Shown here one piece after another: positions 37,917-46,321 of a stretch of 64,000 nt of DNA. The DNA comes from a virus, in IMG/VR virus record IMGVR_UViG_3300024503_000015, positions 206,182 through 270,181 of that record; one strand, written 5' to 3'. Below the pieces are notes generated by a model. The model saw nothing but the letters and a program-made list of their open reading frames with translations, did not search any database and was not told the DNA's origin. Every line of letters starts with the position of its first letter. The first letter of the stretch is position 1. The position numbers were made by a program, and so were the translations under genes.

Positions 37917-38566
37917 CCTACCGCGATGAGCTGCCTCTGTTGCTCAATAACCTTTTGGATTACTGAATACAACTCACCACATACCTTTTGTCTCGCGGAC
38001 TACTCAGTGATATTTCACGATCAATGTCCTGCATCAAAACAGTCCACTAACCATTAATATTGCATACAAGCCCTTAGGAGCGACCCCTTGGACAAATACA
38101 CTACCCTTTCTCATACCAATTCGCAAGTTGGTTTTGTTAGGAAGTCAGCACCACCCGTTACTTTTCATGCACCCTGGTTCCCTTGCGGGCCAGTCGATAC
38201 ACATTCTTTCCCTAACACTTGCTTCATTGTTACATCCACCGGTCTTCTCAGTGAACGCTACCTCGCGGTAGTGAGCAGGCTTGTTTACATGAACCATTAC
38301 TGGCGGAGTTGCGTAGGCTTACCTCCTTTGGGTTGATCACTCAACTTATTCTTCGTCAACGGCGAACCGCCAACAGGATAATAAACTACCCTTAAATTTT
38401 TACCATTAAAAAATAACATTACACCCTATGGGATGAAACGTATTTCTGAGTGGAGTTCGATTCTCCTCATAAGCCATTGTTCACGGTTTTCTCAGAAGGG
38501 TAAGATGGCCTTATCCTTCATAAGTCTATGCGTCCATAGACGATACCCGTCAATGCTATTTCTTAA

Positions 38567-38652
38567 TGGTGGATGCGGCTGGAGTCGAACCAGCAGTGCC
38601 GTAAGGCGGCGGATTTACAGTCCACTGGGGTTACCAATTTTCCTACACATCC
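38567..38652 (-). tRNA. tRNA-Tyr (GTA), type II
   Basis: GGATGTG/CGCATCC, anticodon GTGGA-CTGTAAA-TCCGC, long variable arm, CCA. Confidence 0.6.
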
Positions 38653-38739
38653 ATATCTGCTTGAAATTTTTAAAGAACTAGGTTAATTTCTTAACTAGTC
38701 TCTATTGTATATGAACTTTAGAAACTAGTCAAGACATTT

Positions 38740-38834
38740 TGGCAGTGAGTAAGGGATTCGAACCCTTGATCCCCGTTTTTGCAGGAATGCCTTCTTAGCA
38801 GGAAGGTGCCTTCGACCAGCTCGGCCAACTCACT
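38740..38834 (-). tRNA. tRNA-Ser (GCT), type II
   Basis: AGTGAGT/ACTCACT, anticodon CCTTC-CTGCTAA-GAAGG, long variable arm, CCA. Confidence 0.65.
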
Positions 38835-38878
38835 ATATTTGTATTATACGATCAACTGTTAAACAAGTCAACACCTTT

Positions 38879-38968
38879 TGGCCGAAGCGGTGAGATTCGA
38901 ACTCACGGACCCTTTCGGATCGTCTGTTTTCAAGACAGGTGCAATAAACCGGACTCTGCCACGCTTCG
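38879..38968 (-). tRNA. tRNA-Ser (TGA), type II
   Basis: CGAAGCG/CGCTTCG, anticodon CCTGT-CTTGAAA-ACAGA, long variable arm, CCA. Confidence 0.65.
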
Positions 38969-39014
38969 TTGTTTTACTTGTATAATTCGTTGTAGATAGA
39001 ATCTGCTACAAATG

Positions 39015-39092
39015 TGGTACCCCTGCTCCGATTCGAACGGAGAGAACTTCTCCTTTTGAGAGAGACGACTTTACCAATTTGTCCACAGGGGT
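39015..39092 (-). tRNA. tRNA with anticodon CAA (Leu-decoding) but short type-I variable loop
   Basis: ACCCCTG/CAGGGGT, anticodon TCTCT-CTCAAAA-GGAGA, 6 nt variable loop, CCA. Identity uncertain. Confidence 0.45.
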
Positions 39093-39097
39093 ATATC

Positions 39098-39171
39098 TGG
39101 TGCTCAAGGAAAGAATCGAACTTTCGATTGTGTCGTACCAAGACACTGGTATACCATTTACCTACAAGAGC
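39098..39171 (-). tRNA. tRNA-Thr (GGT)
   Basis: Anticodon GTGTC-TTGGTAC-GACAC. Acceptor stem has two U-U mismatches. CCA. Confidence 0.5.
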
Positions 39172-39173
39172 CT

Positions 39174-39245
39174 TGGCGCCTCTGAGTAGATTCGAACTAC
39201 TATAACCTGGTTTAGAAGACCTGGCACTGCTCCATCAGCAGAGGC
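39174..39245 (-). tRNA. tRNA-Arg (TCT)
   Basis: GCCTCTG/CAGAGGC, anticodon loop CTTCTAA with one A-A mismatch in the stem, CCA. Confidence 0.5.
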
Positions 39246-39246
39246 A

Positions 39247-39323
39247 TGGTACCCTTGGTTGGATTCGAACCTACACACAACGGATTTTAAATCCATTCGC
39301 ATTACCAATTAGCGTACAAGGGC
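39247..39323 (-). tRNA. tRNA with anticodon TAA (Leu-decoding) but type-I architecture
   Basis: GCCCTTG/CAAGGGT, anticodon ATGGA-TTTAAAA-TCCGT, 5 nt variable loop, CCA. Confidence 0.45.
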
Positions 39324-39330
39324 ATAATTA

Positions 39331-39406
39331 TGGTGCCGCCCCTTGGGATCGAACCAAGTTCCTCGGTGCTTCAAACCGGTGCAATGACCACATTTGCTAA
39401 AGCGGC
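39331..39406 (-). tRNA. tRNA-Phe (GAA)
   Basis: GCCGCTT/GGGCGGC (G-U pairs), anticodon loop TTGAAGC, T-arm CTTGG-TTCGATC-CCAAG, CCA. Confidence 0.6.
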
Positions 39407-39412
39407 GATATT

Positions 39413-39487
39413 TGGGGTGAAGCCGGGAATCGAACCCTGCCTTACTGTTTCACAGACAGCCGTGCGGACCACTACACTAGCAACACC
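39413..39487 (-). tRNA. tRNA-His (GTG) with extra 5' G-1
   Basis: G-1:C73 pair, anticodon GCTGT-CTGTGAA-ACAGT. Acceptor has two U-U mismatches. Confidence 0.6.
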
Positions 39488-39489
39488 AT

Positions 39490-39566
39490 TGGCCGGCCCT
39501 GAGAGACTCGAACTCCCAACCTCCAGTTTCGAAGACTGGCACTCTAATCCATTGAGTTAAGGACCG
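39490..39566 (-). tRNA. tRNA-Arg (TCG)
   Basis: CGGTCCT/AGGGCCG, anticodon CCAGT-CTTCGAA-ACTGG, CCA. Confidence 0.6.
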
Positions 39567-39573
39567 TTAAAAT

Positions 39574-39647
39574 TGGCAGGCCTACCAGGACTCGAACCTG
39601 GAACGACTGAGTCAAAGTCAGTTGTGTTACCATTACACCATAGGCCA
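39574..39647 (-). tRNA. tRNA-Gln (TTG)
   Basis: Anticodon ACTGA-CTTTGAC-TCAGT, T-arm CCAGG-TTCGAGT-CCTGG, weak 1-72 pair, CCA. Confidence 0.6.
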
Positions 39648-39873
39648 ACAGATTGAATTTGTAAGTAGTTGCCCCATCGTTATAGCAACCATTCACCCAT
39701 GTATATAAAGCCGGCTGGGACTCGGTACGTCACTTGGGATACTAGTCCAGTTAGCAACCAATCTGCAGGGATCTTCCGATCCCCCGGGAGTTGAACCCGT
39801 CCCCTTTTACTATTAAGGTAGTTCGAACTTACCTACAATAGCGTGACATTCTCTTGCTGACACTTACAAAACT

Positions 39874-39946
39874 TGGTGCCCCAGGATGGAATCGAACCAC
39901 CACACCCTGCTTACAAAACAGGACCTCTACCACTAAGGATACAAGG
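39874..39946 (-). tRNA. tRNA-Thr (TGT)
   Basis: GCCCTTG/CTGGGGC, anticodon CCTGT-TTTGTAA-GCAGG, CCA. Confidence 0.6.
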
Positions 39947-39953
39947 GCAAAAT

Positions 39954-40031
39954 TGGTCTCCACGGTACGATTCGAACGTACAGCCTCCTGACTCCAGATC
40001 AGGCCGTCTACCAGATTGACATTACGCAGAG
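39954..40031 (-). tRNA. tRNA of uncertain identity (loop TCTGGAG, C at position 33)
   Basis: Good acceptor CTCTGCG/CGTGGAG and T-arm GTACG-TTCGAAT-CGTAC with CCA. Anticodon loop is non-canonical. Confidence 0.35.
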
Positions 40032-40041
40032 ATAAAAATAA

Positions 40042-40117
40042 TTGCGACCGAAGGACTCGAACCTTCGCGGTAATCTAGAATGCCCCGGCAAGGCCGGTTA
40101 ACCCACCATTGTCGCAA
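40042..40117 (-). tRNA. tRNA-like element whose anticodon arm is replaced by a 5 bp/3 nt hairpin
   Basis: Perfect acceptor TTGCGAC/GTCGCAA, D-arm and T-arm CGAAGG-TTCGAGT-CCTTCG. Middle CCGGC-CTT-GCCGG hairpin. No CCA. Confidence 0.35.
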
Positions 40118-40120
40118 ATT

Positions 40121-40195
40121 TGGTGGAGGCCGAGGAAATCGAATCCTTCTAGACATCTTCCTTGCAAGGGAAGACCGTAGCCCACTACTGCCCCC
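40121..40195 (-). tRNA. tRNA-Ala-like (TGC) with truncated D-arm and degenerate T-arm
   Basis: Anticodon CTTCC-CTTGCAA-GGAAG, T-loop TTCGATT with a stem mismatch, D region only 12 nt, CCA. Confidence 0.35.
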
Positions 40196-40280
40196 AAATT
40201 GGTGTTAGTTTCTATACCACCCATTGAAACTAACAAACATTGAGAGAACATGGATGAACCCACAAGATCTCTATTTGCTC

Positions 40281-40355
40281 TGGTATAGCGTACGGGGATC
40301 GAACCCGCCTAGTCACCTTGAAAGGGTGATGACCTCCCCAGAAGTCGAACGCTAT
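40281..40355 (-). tRNA. tRNA-Glu (TTC), second copy
   Basis: ATAGCGT/ACGCTAT, anticodon TCACC-CTTTCAA-GGTGA, CCA. Confidence 0.55.
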
Positions 40356-40361
40356 GTAAAT

Positions 40362-40435
40362 TGGTTCCTGGACCGAGAATTGAACTCAGAATGACCGGTT
40401 ATCAGCCGATTGTTATACCATTTAACTATCCAGGA
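40362..40435 (-). tRNA. tRNA-Ile (GAT)
   Basis: TCCTGGA/TCCAGGA, anticodon ATCGG-CTGATAA-CCGGT, CCA. Confidence 0.65.
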
Positions 40436-40617
40436 ATAATACTATACAAAAAGAAACTAACGACAATGCGCTATGCACCCAGAGTCTATAGTTCCTGGCT
40501 GTGGTTAGTTTGTTTTTATACACTACCATATGGAAGCACTCTTATGCCTTTTTCGTCATAAGATGGTGGCCCGTCCTTACTACTGACGCTATGCGACCAG
40601 TTAAGAATGCTTTCATA

Positions 40618-40692
40618 TGGTAGGGGCACAGAGAATCGAACTCTGATTTACGGGTTAAAAGCCCGCTACTTTAACCATTAAGTTATACCCCC
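40618..40692 (-). tRNA. tRNA-Lys (TTT)
   Basis: GGGGGTA/TGCCCCT, anticodon GCGGG-CTTTTAA-CCCGT, CCA. Confidence 0.65.
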
Positions 40693-40695
40693 ATA

Positions 40696-40771
40696 TGGTC
40701 CCTGCTGTGAGATTCGAACTCACACCTCATTGATTAAGAGTCAAGTGCGCTACCATTGACGCTAAACAGGG
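40696..40771 (-). tRNA. tRNA-Lys (CTT), second copy
   Basis: CCCTGTT/AGCAGGG, anticodon loop CTCTTAA, T-arm GTGAG-TTCGAAT-CTCAC, CCA. Confidence 0.5.
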
Positions 40772-40942
40772 TTGTACGTATTGATTTGATTTTACGTGCC
40801 AACCCTAGACCATACGGGAGATCTAGAGTGACACTAACGTTTAGCACGTTTCATGCTACTCTCCTTTTAATATTTTTTCAAAACTTGATACAACACGAAC
40901 ATTATAACTAACACTACAAGTACTGCCATAATATTCTCCTTA

Positions 40943-41032
40943 TGGTCCCCCGTTGAGGAATCGAACCTCATCCTGGACCTTATCTAGATTAATCGGTTAT
41001 AAGCCGACCTGCTCTCCATGAGCTAACGGGGG
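40943..41032 (-). tRNA. type II (long variable arm) tRNA with anticodon TAT
   Basis: Perfect acceptor CCCCCGT/ACGGGGG, anticodon GTCGG-CTTATAA-CCGAT, ~21 nt variable arm, CCA. Confidence 0.45.
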
Positions 41033-41040
41033 ATATAACC

Positions 41041-41118
41041 TGGAGCAACGGGTCAGATTTGAACTGACGGTTTTACGGATTTGCAATCCGTTGCATTGGG
41101 CCTCTCTGCCACCGTTGC
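41041..41118 (-). tRNA. tRNA-Cys (GCA)
   Basis: GCAACGG/CCGTTGC, anticodon ACGGA-TTGCAAA-TCCGT, T-arm GTCAG-TTCAAAT-CTGAC, CCA. Confidence 0.65.
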
Positions 41119-41123
41119 ATTAT

Positions 41124-41198
41124 TGGCGTACCCCCAGGGACTCGAACCCCGACTAGCAGTTTTGGAGACTGTCGTGCTGCCATTAACACTAGGGATAC
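41124..41198 (-). tRNA. tRNA-Trp (CCA)
   Basis: GTATCCC/GGGGTAC, anticodon loop CTCCAAA, CCA. Confidence 0.65.
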
Positions 41199-41203
41199 AT
41201 AAC

Positions 41204-41282
41204 ACTCTCTTTCGAAAGTGTGTATTAAAGCATACTACTCATCGGCTACTGCCATTTGATTGTTCGGCAGTATGCTTTAATA
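41204..41282. repeat. palindrome plus 15 bp perfect inverted repeat (nested hairpin) at tRNA-array boundary
   Basis: CTTTCGAAAG palindrome. GTATTAAAGCATACT...AGTATGCTTTAATAC enclosing inner stem TACTGCC/GGCAGTA. Confidence 0.5.
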
Positions 41283-41398
41283 CGCTACCTTTTTACACAT
41301 TCTAGTTATCGCCTAGAACTTACCATCCGGTAGGCCGCCCACATTAAGCCCATGTTTTACGTGCAGGCAGGGTCGCGTTCCCTATAACACGTTTGAGA

Positions 41399-41569
41399 TT
41401 AGTCTTGCTCTACGAGCTCAACTTCTCTCTTGTAAAGTGCTGTGTGATAAGCACGAGCACGATTAAACTTTTCTTCGATGAGTTTTTCAAAAGCATCGTC
41501 GTCCAGTTCATGCTCACTTAGCACTTTGGCACTTTTCTGTTTTCTAAAATCTTCAAAATTCATTTTCAT
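41399..41569 (-). CDS. small hypothetical protein
   Basis: 56 aa ORF (MKMNFEDFRKQKSAKVLSEHELDDDAFEKL...) just past the tRNA array. Below the track cutoff. Confidence 0.2.
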   Translation of the reverse strand: MKMNFEDFRKQKSAKVLSEHELDDDAFEKLIEEKFNRARAYHTALYKREVELVEQD

Positions 41570-41584
41570 TTCCAAATCTTACAA

Positions 41585-41620
41585 AACAAAAAACCCTGGG
41601 TTTTTAGTCCAGGGTTCTTA
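41585..41620 (-). terminator. rho-independent terminator
   Basis: CCCTGG...CCAGGG hairpin followed by TTTTTTGTTTTG on the minus strand. Confidence 0.6.
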
Positions 41621-41642
41621 AAAGTTATTGTGTATGTTACTG

Positions 41643-41804
41643 TTAACTTACACGATCCTCCAAGAACCCTACGATAATCTCAGGTGTACGATCATTACCT
41701 AGACCTAGCCCGACATTACTAAACTGTGACCAATAGGCGGACATACATGCCGGCGCTTTGGCTTGTTTAGATATCGTTTGTCTATGTAAACTAATCGTTT
41801 GCAT
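41643..41804 (-). CDS. small hypothetical protein
   Basis: 53 aa ORF directly upstream of a minus-strand terminator. Confidence 0.2.
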   Translation of the reverse strand: MQTISLHRQTISKQAKAPACMSAYWSQFSNVGLGLGNDRTPEIIVGFLEDRVS

Positions 41805-42041
41805 TTTGTTTCTCTTTTTCTTACCTTCTTAAAAGTTGTAGCGGAATTGCTACTGTCTTTGTATTGTAATGCCTTTCAACATCTTTGTCAACATCTTTTT
41901 GTCTTTTTTGGACAACCTAATGTTTTGTGGAAAGTGATTGCTTTACAATATTTGTATTATATGAGTATTTATAAAACTTGTCAATACCTATGTTGAAATG
42001 TGGCGATTTTGCAACATTTTGAAAACCGCCACACTTTTGTA

Positions 42042-42560
42042 TTAACCGTTTAGTACTTTTGCTAGACTATTGATCACTGCGGCAATACGTCCGATGTCAC
42101 GAAGTTGTTCTACGGTGTAGCCTTCCTTCTTCAATGTTTCGTAGTGCGCCTTAACACAGAAATGACACTTGCCAACAATACTTGCGGCAAGACTGTATGC
42201 TTCAAAGCGAGCCTTGGTAGTTCCGCCATGGCTTGCGATAGCGTTCATGCGTAACTGTGCTGGCAAGCCCTTTAGTTGCTCATCGTCTGCCATCTCAACA
42301 TATGGATACCAAACGTTGTTCTGTGCCATAATTGAACCAGCGGTCATCGCGGCATCACGTTCTTTTTCGTCTGTGATGTTGCTCATGATGAAACTAATCA
42401 ATTTTCCATTGCCGGTGCTCATAGCCGCGGCCAATGCACAACCTTCTGCTTCTACAACATCTGATAGTGTACTACGCTTGATTACTGCATCCAGATTTAG
42501 TTTTGTGTCCTTGGCGTATTCTGGTAAACCTTCTTTTAATTGATCAACCCATTGTGTCAT
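42042..42560 (-). CDS. ahpD: alkylhydroperoxidase AhpD (carboxymuconolactone decarboxylase family)
   Basis: KCHFCVKAH CxxCxxxH catalytic motif. Confidence 0.8.
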   Translation of the reverse strand: MTQWVDQLKEGLPEYAKDTKLNLDAVIKRSTLSDVVEAEGCALAAAMSTGNGKLISFIMSNITDEKERDAAMTAGSIMAQNNVWYPYVEMADDEQLKGLPAQLRMNAIASHGGTTKARFEAYSLAASIVGKCHFCVKAHYETLKKEGYTVEQLRDIGRIAAVINSLAKVLNG

Positions 42561-42994
42561 AGTGTGTCTCCTTTAGTTGCTTTGGCTATGCTTTTATAGC
42601 CTTTGTAAGTTGGGTGTACGTGATCCGGGCTAGTTTCGTGCTTTCTAGCATCTATTACAAAGTCCTTGTATTTTTCTGCTACTGCAAGAACTGCCCGTCT
42701 CTTATCGTCCTTGATATTAGGTACAATCCAATAAACACGAGTGGCGTCTACTAGTTGTCTTAGACTGTCTAGTTCCTCCACTGTGTTTATTTTTGCTGTA
42801 TCGTTTGACCCTAGACTAATGATTACATTTTTTGCCTGTGTAGTGCCCTGAGTGTGTAACACATGACGATTAACATAGTCATAACTGTTAATGCCACTCT
42901 TAGCACGAGTAACACATTCTGTACGAACTTGTCCTACTCCTACTGCTAGGCTATCGCCTAGGATTAAACAATCAAGCATAATTGATCCTATCAA
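42557..42994 (-). CDS. SGNH/GDSL hydrolase
   Basis: LILGDSLAVG block I and DHVHP DxxH block V. Confidence 0.55.
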   Translation of the reverse strand: MIGSIMLDCLILGDSLAVGVGQVRTECVTRAKSGINSYDYVNRHVLHTQGTTQAKNVIISLGSNDTAKINTVEELDSLRQLVDATRVYWIVPNIKDDKRRAVLAVAEKYKDFVIDARKHETSPDHVHPTYKGYKSIAKATKGDTL

Positions 42995-43530
42995 AGAGTT
43001 TCGCCGCCTACTGTACGGTTACAAGCGCACAACTCACCAGTTTGTAGCGCATCAAGAATACGTAAAGTTTCTTCTGGGCTACGACCAACGTTCAAGTTGT
43101 TGACAGTAACGTGCTGGATAACGTTCTCTGGGTCAACAATAAATGTAGCACGTAGAGCCGCACCTGCTGGAGCATAAAATACACCCAACTGCTCAATCAA
43201 TGACAACTCGCCACGCTGTGTGTCTGCAAATTGTGTATGTGTAATTTTCTGTAAGTCTGGGTGTGCTTTTTGCCATGCGATTTTACAAAACTCGTTATCT
43301 GTGCTACCTGTTAGCAATACTGCGTCACGGTCAGCAAAGTCACCTGCTAGTTTATCGTAGGCTACAATCTCTGTAGGGCAAACGAATGTGAAGTCCTTTG
43401 GGTAGTAAACGATTACTTTCCACTTGCCAGCAAAACTTTCATCTGTAATGTCAAAGAAAGCATCTTCTGGTTGTCCTGGCTTAACACCAGTAATTGCGAA
43501 TTTTTCTAATTTATGTCCAACTGTTTTCAT
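42991..43530 (-). CDS. ahpC: peroxiredoxin AhpC/Prx
   Basis: FTFVCPTE peroxidatic Cys motif and C-terminal GELCAC resolving Cys. Confidence 0.85.
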   Translation of the reverse strand: MKTVGHKLEKFAITGVKPGQPEDAFFDITDESFAGKWKVIVYYPKDFTFVCPTEIVAYDKLAGDFADRDAVLLTGSTDNEFCKIAWQKAHPDLQKITHTQFADTQRGELSLIEQLGVFYAPAGAALRATFIVDPENVIQHVTVNNLNVGRSPEETLRILDALQTGELCACNRTVGGETL

Positions 43531-43659
43531 TTGTTTCTCCTTGTGTGTGTTTGAAAACTATAACAACTCTTCGTTGTATGTGTATATTATATATCCTATT
43601 AAAATGCAAAATCAATAGGTTTTTCCAATAATTATTTTAATAACGCTTATAGGTTTTTT

Positions 43660-43695
43660 CAATAACAAAAGGGCCCGAAGGCCCTTTATTAATTT
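43660..43695. terminator. bidirectional terminator hairpin GGGCCCGAAGGCCC
   Basis: GC hairpin with T-runs on both strands. Same hairpin recurs at 52114. Confidence 0.55.
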
Positions 43696-43703
43696 TGGTT
43701 TGA

Positions 43704-44264
43704 TTAGAAACCGTACTTGTAACCAACACTTACTACGTTACTGTTGATATCACCTTCCTGGCGATCAAATCCAAGAAAGGCTGTACCATTTTTAGTAACA
43801 CCGTAGTCAGCACCAATTCTCCAAGTGCGTGTCATGTAGTTGTCGCCACTGGAGAAACCAGTACGATAACGATAACCAGCTCTTAGACCAAAACGATCAT
43901 TAACTGCAATCTTAACACCTGGTTCAACAGAGTAGTAATCGAAACGATTACCAACTTGCCATTTCTCACCGACTGCACCGCGAACATATCCGCTTAGTTT
44001 GTCTGTAATACCAACTGTTGGAGTAACACCAACTTCTAGTTTACTAGAGTTTGCACCGTTACCATTTGTGTACATGTTTTCACCTTTTAGGTCAACACCA
44101 ACATTTGATGCGGCTTGTGTACCGATAGTAAACTCATAACCTTGTTGGTTGGCTCCTGTGCCACGTGGATCTTCGAATTTATATTCCAATCCAACTACGT
44201 TACCTGCCGCAGAAGCGACACCGGCAACAGCGGCAAACAGAGTTGCAATAACAAATTTTTTCAT
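43704..44264 (-). CDS. outer-membrane beta-barrel protein with signal peptide
   Basis: Signal peptide MKKFVIATLFAAVAGVASA. Alternating amphipathic beta-strands and a C-terminal aromatic (YKYGF). Confidence 0.6.
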   Translation of the reverse strand: MKKFVIATLFAAVAGVASAAGNVVGLEYKFEDPRGTGANQQGYEFTIGTQAASNVGVDLKGENMYTNGNGANSSKLEVGVTPTVGITDKLSGYVRGAVGEKWQVGNRFDYYSVEPGVKIAVNDRFGLRAGYRYRTGFSSGDNYMTRTWRIGADYGVTKNGTAFLGFDRQEGDINSNVVSVGYKYGF

Positions 44265-44399
44265 TTTAAATTTTCCTTATGTGTAAACCGTACGGCAAAT
44301 TTACATACCTTCCGTACGGCAATTAAAAGCGATTATACTAAATCACTTTGTATAGTATATATAAGTGTAAATCAGTAGTCAATATATTTTAGTGCCAAA

Positions 44400-44939
44400 T
44401 CAACTATATTCAAACGGTGTACTTGGGTGTCCATAGTCGACATGTAAATTGGATCCTTTAGTGTCATCGTATTGTGTGTAGTACGACTCGTTTGGTTTAA
44501 CTTCTCTCCAATCATCATACTTGAGTTGGGCGAACGTTACTTGTTTCCTATCCAAAAGATCACAAATAATAAATGTACTAGTACATCTACCTTGAATGTA
44601 TTTCATAGGACCGTGCTTGTATTCGTTAGCCAACAATGCTTTGTGCATTTCGCTATGAGGTCTAAACATAATTCTAGTAATACCTAACTTTTGGTTACGT
44701 AGTCTAAATTTATCTATTAACGTGAGTTCGGAGATTTGAGCATTGTTTTCATCGTCGACACGTAATAGTACGTTCTTGACTTTAATGCTACCTTTTGTAT
44801 GACTGTTGTCTGGTGTTTCCTTGGTGCTCCAAGCAACTGTACAGTCTACGTGATTGACATATAATGTCTCCCCATGAAATTTTAAGACCCACATAGGTAT
44901 GGTCTGATCTTCTAAGTGTTTTTTGTTAAAATGGAACAC
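44400..44939 (-). CDS. hypothetical protein
   Basis: 179 aa ORF. Confidence 0.45.
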   Translation of the reverse strand: MFHFNKKHLEDQTIPMWVLKFHGETLYVNHVDCTVAWSTKETPDNSHTKGSIKVKNVLLRVDDENNAQISELTLIDKFRLRNQKLGITRIMFRPHSEMHKALLANEYKHGPMKYIQGRCTSTFIICDLLDRKQVTFAQLKYDDWREVKPNESYYTQYDDTKGSNLHVDYGHPSTPFEYS

Positions 44940-45020
44940 TAGGTCCTTACAAGCATATTCAATCTATTTCATTTTCGTTTCCTTTAGTTAAAGGGGGACT
45001 TTCACCCCCCGTGTTTTTAT

Positions 45021-45779
45021 TTACGCAAATATTTCTAATGCAGTACCGCATTCTGAACAGAACTTAGCGTGAGCTTTATTCTGCTTGCCGCAAGTTACGC
45101 ATTTTGGTTTGGCTTTAACTGTCACTGCCTTTTCAACAGGTTTGTTATCTCCCAAGTCGCCTACTAGTCTCAGCACAATATTGTGTACTGTAGATTCTAG
45201 TGCGCCAACTGTGACATGTTGGAATGACTGAGTGGACTTGCTACCTGGAACAGTAATGCCGGTTTCATTTTTAAAACTTGCGGCACTTGCTGTTACATTC
45301 ATACTGTTAAGACTGGCATTGGTAGAGTAAGTAGCACCCATCGGGCTTGCCCAATCTCCTGTACTACCACTAATACCCCTAGTAAGAGTAGTTGAGCTCC
45401 AAGTAGGAATGTTTAGAATAGGGCGTGGAATTTCAAATTGATATTCAACACGGATTAACCCGTCTTCTAGTTTGATACCACGTGGACCATCTTCAATTGC
45501 ACTTGTGCGTTCGATAAACTTAAACTTGTTACCTTCGGAGAGATTGCCGTTTTTAATCCAACGCTCTAAGTCGACAGTCCGACCCGGGTCAATGACCAAT
45601 CCGCCAGGGACGACATTCTCTCCGTCGATAAACACATTTACGACAGCACGAGTTGTATTAAGATTTTTGAGTAAGATACTATATTCGCTAGCGAACGGAA
45701 TATAGACTGTGTCCTTGAATTCACGGAGCACTTTGCCTTTTGATTTGATAGAGGCTACTAGTTTTTGATTATACATCAT
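45021..45779 (-). CDS. hypothetical protein with C-terminal zinc ribbon
   Basis: C-terminal CVTCGK...CSECG motif. TATAAATA motif upstream on the minus strand. Confidence 0.5.
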   Translation of the reverse strand: MMYNQKLVASIKSKGKVLREFKDTVYIPFASEYSILLKNLNTTRAVVNVFIDGENVVPGGLVIDPGRTVDLERWIKNGNLSEGNKFKFIERTSAIEDGPRGIKLEDGLIRVEYQFEIPRPILNIPTWSSTTLTRGISGSTGDWASPMGATYSTNASLNSMNVTASAASFKNETGITVPGSKSTQSFQHVTVGALESTVHNIVLRLVGDLGDNKPVEKAVTVKAKPKCVTCGKQNKAHAKFCSECGTALEIFA

Positions 45780-45855
45780 GGTTCTTCCTTTTTACGGCGT
45801 ACACTCTAAACGCCTAGTTATTAAAGAGTGTTAGTGTAGGACCACCCTACAAATT

Positions 45856-45863
45856 TATTTATA
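45856..45863 (-). promoter_or_regulatory. T4-type late promoter motif TATAAATA (minus strand)
   Basis: Exact motif ~75 nt upstream of the gene starting at 45779. Confidence 0.35.
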
Positions 45864-46083
45864 TCGGCACTTCGATCAGTTGAAAAATTCTCCAATCTCT
45901 GCGATCAGCCACTTTTTTCTTCTTGTTCTCTTCCTGAACATACTTCAAGAAGCTCTGTGCCTGTTCCATAGTACCGTAGAAGATGTCATTACCGTAAGCA
46001 TAAGTTCCTACCGAGCCGGTTTCGCCTTCCCAGTAATGTCCTACTGCGTAGTTAAACTGTTTTGCTTGTTTCTTCTTTGCCAT
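45859..46083 (-). CDS. hypothetical protein
   Basis: 74 aa ORF. Confidence 0.4.
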   Translation of the reverse strand: MAKKKQAKQFNYAVGHYWEGETGSVGTYAYGNDIFYGTMEQAQSFLKYVQEENKKKKVADRRDWRIFQLIEVPI

Positions 46084-46300
46084 GATTGTCTTTCATATAT
46101 GGCGGAATCTTTTCAGATTCTTCTTGTGTCATAAACCGTTGTGGTTCATGTGCCCAATGTGGCATCCATGACCAACCCCACGACTTCCAATATTTGGCAA
46201 CTAAGTTATTAGCGATAAGAATACCGCCTAGGATTATCAAGAATCCTAAAACTGTTAAAACTGATCCGGCTAAAAATACTGCCGCCTGATCCATATCCAT
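46052..46300 (-). CDS. hypothetical membrane protein
   Basis: 82 aa with an N-terminal transmembrane helix. Confidence 0.4.
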   Translation of the reverse strand: MDMDQAAVFLAGSVLTVLGFLIILGGILIANNLVAKYWKSWGWSWMPHWAHEPQRFMTQEESEKIPPYMKDNHGKEETSKTV

Positions 46301-46321
46301 ACTACTTCTCTTTCTTAAAAA

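Noticed and set aside
39651-39873. Possible extra tRNA in the 220 nt gap (GGTAGTTCGAACTTACC, GGGAGTTGAACCCG)
   Set aside because: T-loop-like hairpins are present, but no acceptor or D-arm pairing could be built. Probably hairpin terminators or degenerate remnants.
38088-41305. Six plus-strand ORFs (38088, 38433, 39014, 39330, 40361, 41081) inside the tRNA region
   Set aside because: They run antisense through consecutive minus-strand tRNA genes and use TTG/GTG starts. They are read-through artefacts of conserved tRNA sequence, not genes.
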